Origin: an uncultured virus (IMG/VR IMGVR_UViG_3300042398_000857)
Lineage: Duplodnaviria > Heunggongvirae > Uroviricota > Caudoviricetes
Length of the DNA stretch: 64,000 bases
IMG/VR virus record: IMGVR_UViG_3300042398_000857
Direction: 5' to 3' (one strand)
In this document: in pieces, positions 62,500-64,000 of the stretch
Layout: every line of letters starts with the position of its first letter
Position numbering within the stretch: the stretch's first letter is position 1
Translations under genes and position numbers: made by a program
The notes under the pieces: model-generated
Databases searched by the model: none
What the model was told of the DNA's origin: nothing
The model's input: only the letters and a program-made list of their open reading frames with translations

Positions 62500-63666
62500 T
62501 TAGCTAAAACGAACGTTTGCGCTAGTAATTCTAACTAAACCTAAGTAGTCAGCAGCATTACCTAAAGATGATGCTGTGTTGCTCAACTCTACGTAACCGT
62601 AACGAGTTAAGAAGCTAACAACTGGTTCAAATGTAGATGGATCTAACACAACACCACTGCTCATTAATGGGATATATGGGCAGTAGAACGCTGGAGCATC
62701 AGATTCTGAAGCACCTTTGTAACCAACCAAGATATCGGTTGCATCATTTGCGTAGCTGTTTACATAAACTTTCAATGCATTGTTTAAAGTACCAACAAAT
62801 TTTGTGTTAGTTGGAGCTTCAAAAGTACCTTCTGTAGTACGAGCAAAAGCTGAAGTAGTAGCAGATTGTAAAATTGTTAATGCAAATGGAGAAACAACAG
62901 CATAGTTACCAGCACCACGGCGTGTACGTTGTGCAATCAAGTTGCTTACACGGTTGATTTGGATTGCCAATGCAGCATGTTCGTCACCAACGAAAGTTGC
63001 AGTACCAGAAACTTGTGCTTGATCATAAGTTTGTGTTGGTGTACCAGCTAAGTTGATTAAAGAACTAATAATTTCTTGGTCAATTTCAGCTGTAATTTCT
63101 TGTGCCAACGCAGCCATAATTTCTGCTTCAACGTCAATACCTTGTTGTGCTTGAGCATCTTGTGCTGCTTCAAATGTCCAACGAGCACTCAATTTACGAG
63201 TTTTCGCTTCAACAGTTTGTTTCAAGATTTGGATGCTCATTCTTTTACCAGCAACACCTTCTAAAGACGCAGTTGATGATGCACCAGCTGGGCTTGAATC
63301 GTTACCTGAATATGCTTCCGCAATTTTGAATGGTGATAATGCTTCTTCACCTGCAGTTACGCCAGTTGCATTGTCTGCATAACGTACACGCAATGTGTGA
63401 ATTTGGCCAACAGGACCGGTCATTGGTTGAACACCAACTAATTCGTTAGCAATAACGGTTGGCATAACACGGCGAATTACTGGTAAAATTACACGGTTTA
63501 AAGTTGCAACGTTACCTGCAGATGTACCACCAGCAGTTGCGCTTTCTGATAAGTATCTACGAGTGTTTTCTAAAGTAACACCCATCATTGTTTTTTTAGT
63601 TCCCTGTAGACCTTCTAATAGGGCTTCTTTCGTTTCCGCCCAACGGCCATTAAGTAGTTCTGACAT
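62500..63666 (-). CDS. gp23: Major capsid protein
   Basis: VGVQPMTGP, VEAKTRKLSARW, EIDQEI, GYKG...FYCPYIPL, TRYG. Confidence 0.96.
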   Translation of the reverse strand: MSELLNGRWAETKEALLEGLQGTKKTMMGVTLENTRRYLSESATAGGTSAGNVATLNRVILPVIRRVMPTVIANELVGVQPMTGPVGQIHTLRVRYADNATGVTAGEEALSPFKIAEAYSGNDSSPAGASSTASLEGVAGKRMSIQILKQTVEAKTRKLSARWTFEAAQDAQAQQGIDVEAEIMAALAQEITAEIDQEIISSLINLAGTPTQTYDQAQVSGTATFVGDEHAALAIQINRVSNLIAQRTRRGAGNYAVVSPFALTILQSATTSAFARTTEGTFEAPTNTKFVGTLNNALKVYVNSYANDATDILVGYKGASESDAPAFYCPYIPLMSSGVVLDPSTFEPVVSFLTRYGYVELSNTASSLGNAADYLGLVRITSANVRFS

Positions 63667-63683
63667 TTAATTTCTCCTTAAAT

Positions 63684-64000
63684 TTAAAGCCCAGCGAGTC
63701 TACGGATATCTATAATGTTTGATTCCGATTCGCTGCTACGATTAGTTTTGGAAGTTTTATTTCCAGTTATTTCTTTAGCTTCTACGAGTGCTTGTCTCTT
63801 TTGAGGAGCATTGCCAGCAATAACCGCTGGAAGGTACTTTTCGAAACTTTCAGTTAATTTAGAAGTTTTTACACTTTCCATTAATTCACTCATGATTGAA
63901 CGCTGTTCACTATTTAGAGGTGATAGTAATTCGCCCATGATTTCTTTTCTTTGTTGAGCTTCCTTCAACATACGAATTTCTGCTTGTTTACTTTCTAAGA
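63684..64000 (-). CDS. gp22: Prohead core scaffold protein, 3' part only
   Basis: Charged helical ORF open to the window edge, directly upstream of gp23. Confidence 0.7.
   Translation of the reverse strand, partial: LESKQAEIRMLKEAQQRKEIMGELLSPLNSEQRSIMSELMESVKTSKLTESFEKYLPAVIAGNAPQKRQALVEAKEITGNKTSKTNRSSESESNIIDIRRLAGL

Overview
This AT-rich 64-kb window is part of the genome of a large T4-like myovirus. Genes lie mostly on the minus strand and read in the standard code. From left to right: a (TGGTGC)20 tract and a plus-strand early-type region with tandem sigma70 promoters, an rrn-type boxA and a Fur-box-like palindrome; a hairpin- and repeat-rich non-coding convergence zone; three genes with T4-style capsid-targeting N-termini; a replication/recombination module (helicase, primase, a 190-aa mini-DnaE, intein-bearing UvsW, UvsY, UvsX, gp32); probable internal head proteins; terminase subunits, the large one carrying an Ala-start class-3 intein; a decayed NUMOD3 endonuclease; head-completion, tail tube, sheath and neck genes; dNMP kinase, NUDIX and a glycosyltransferase-FkbM fusion; two collagen-like S74-chaperoned fibres; several very large virion proteins; major capsid protein and a partial scaffold. 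The most notable signals are seven phycobiliprotein-like KCxRD repeats in two virion proteins, a plug/socket motif series across the fibre genes, sigma70 promoters wrapped in hairpins, and widespread apparently leaderless transcripts. I saw no tRNA, rRNA or CRISPR array. All calls rest on motif recognition by eye; no database searches were run.
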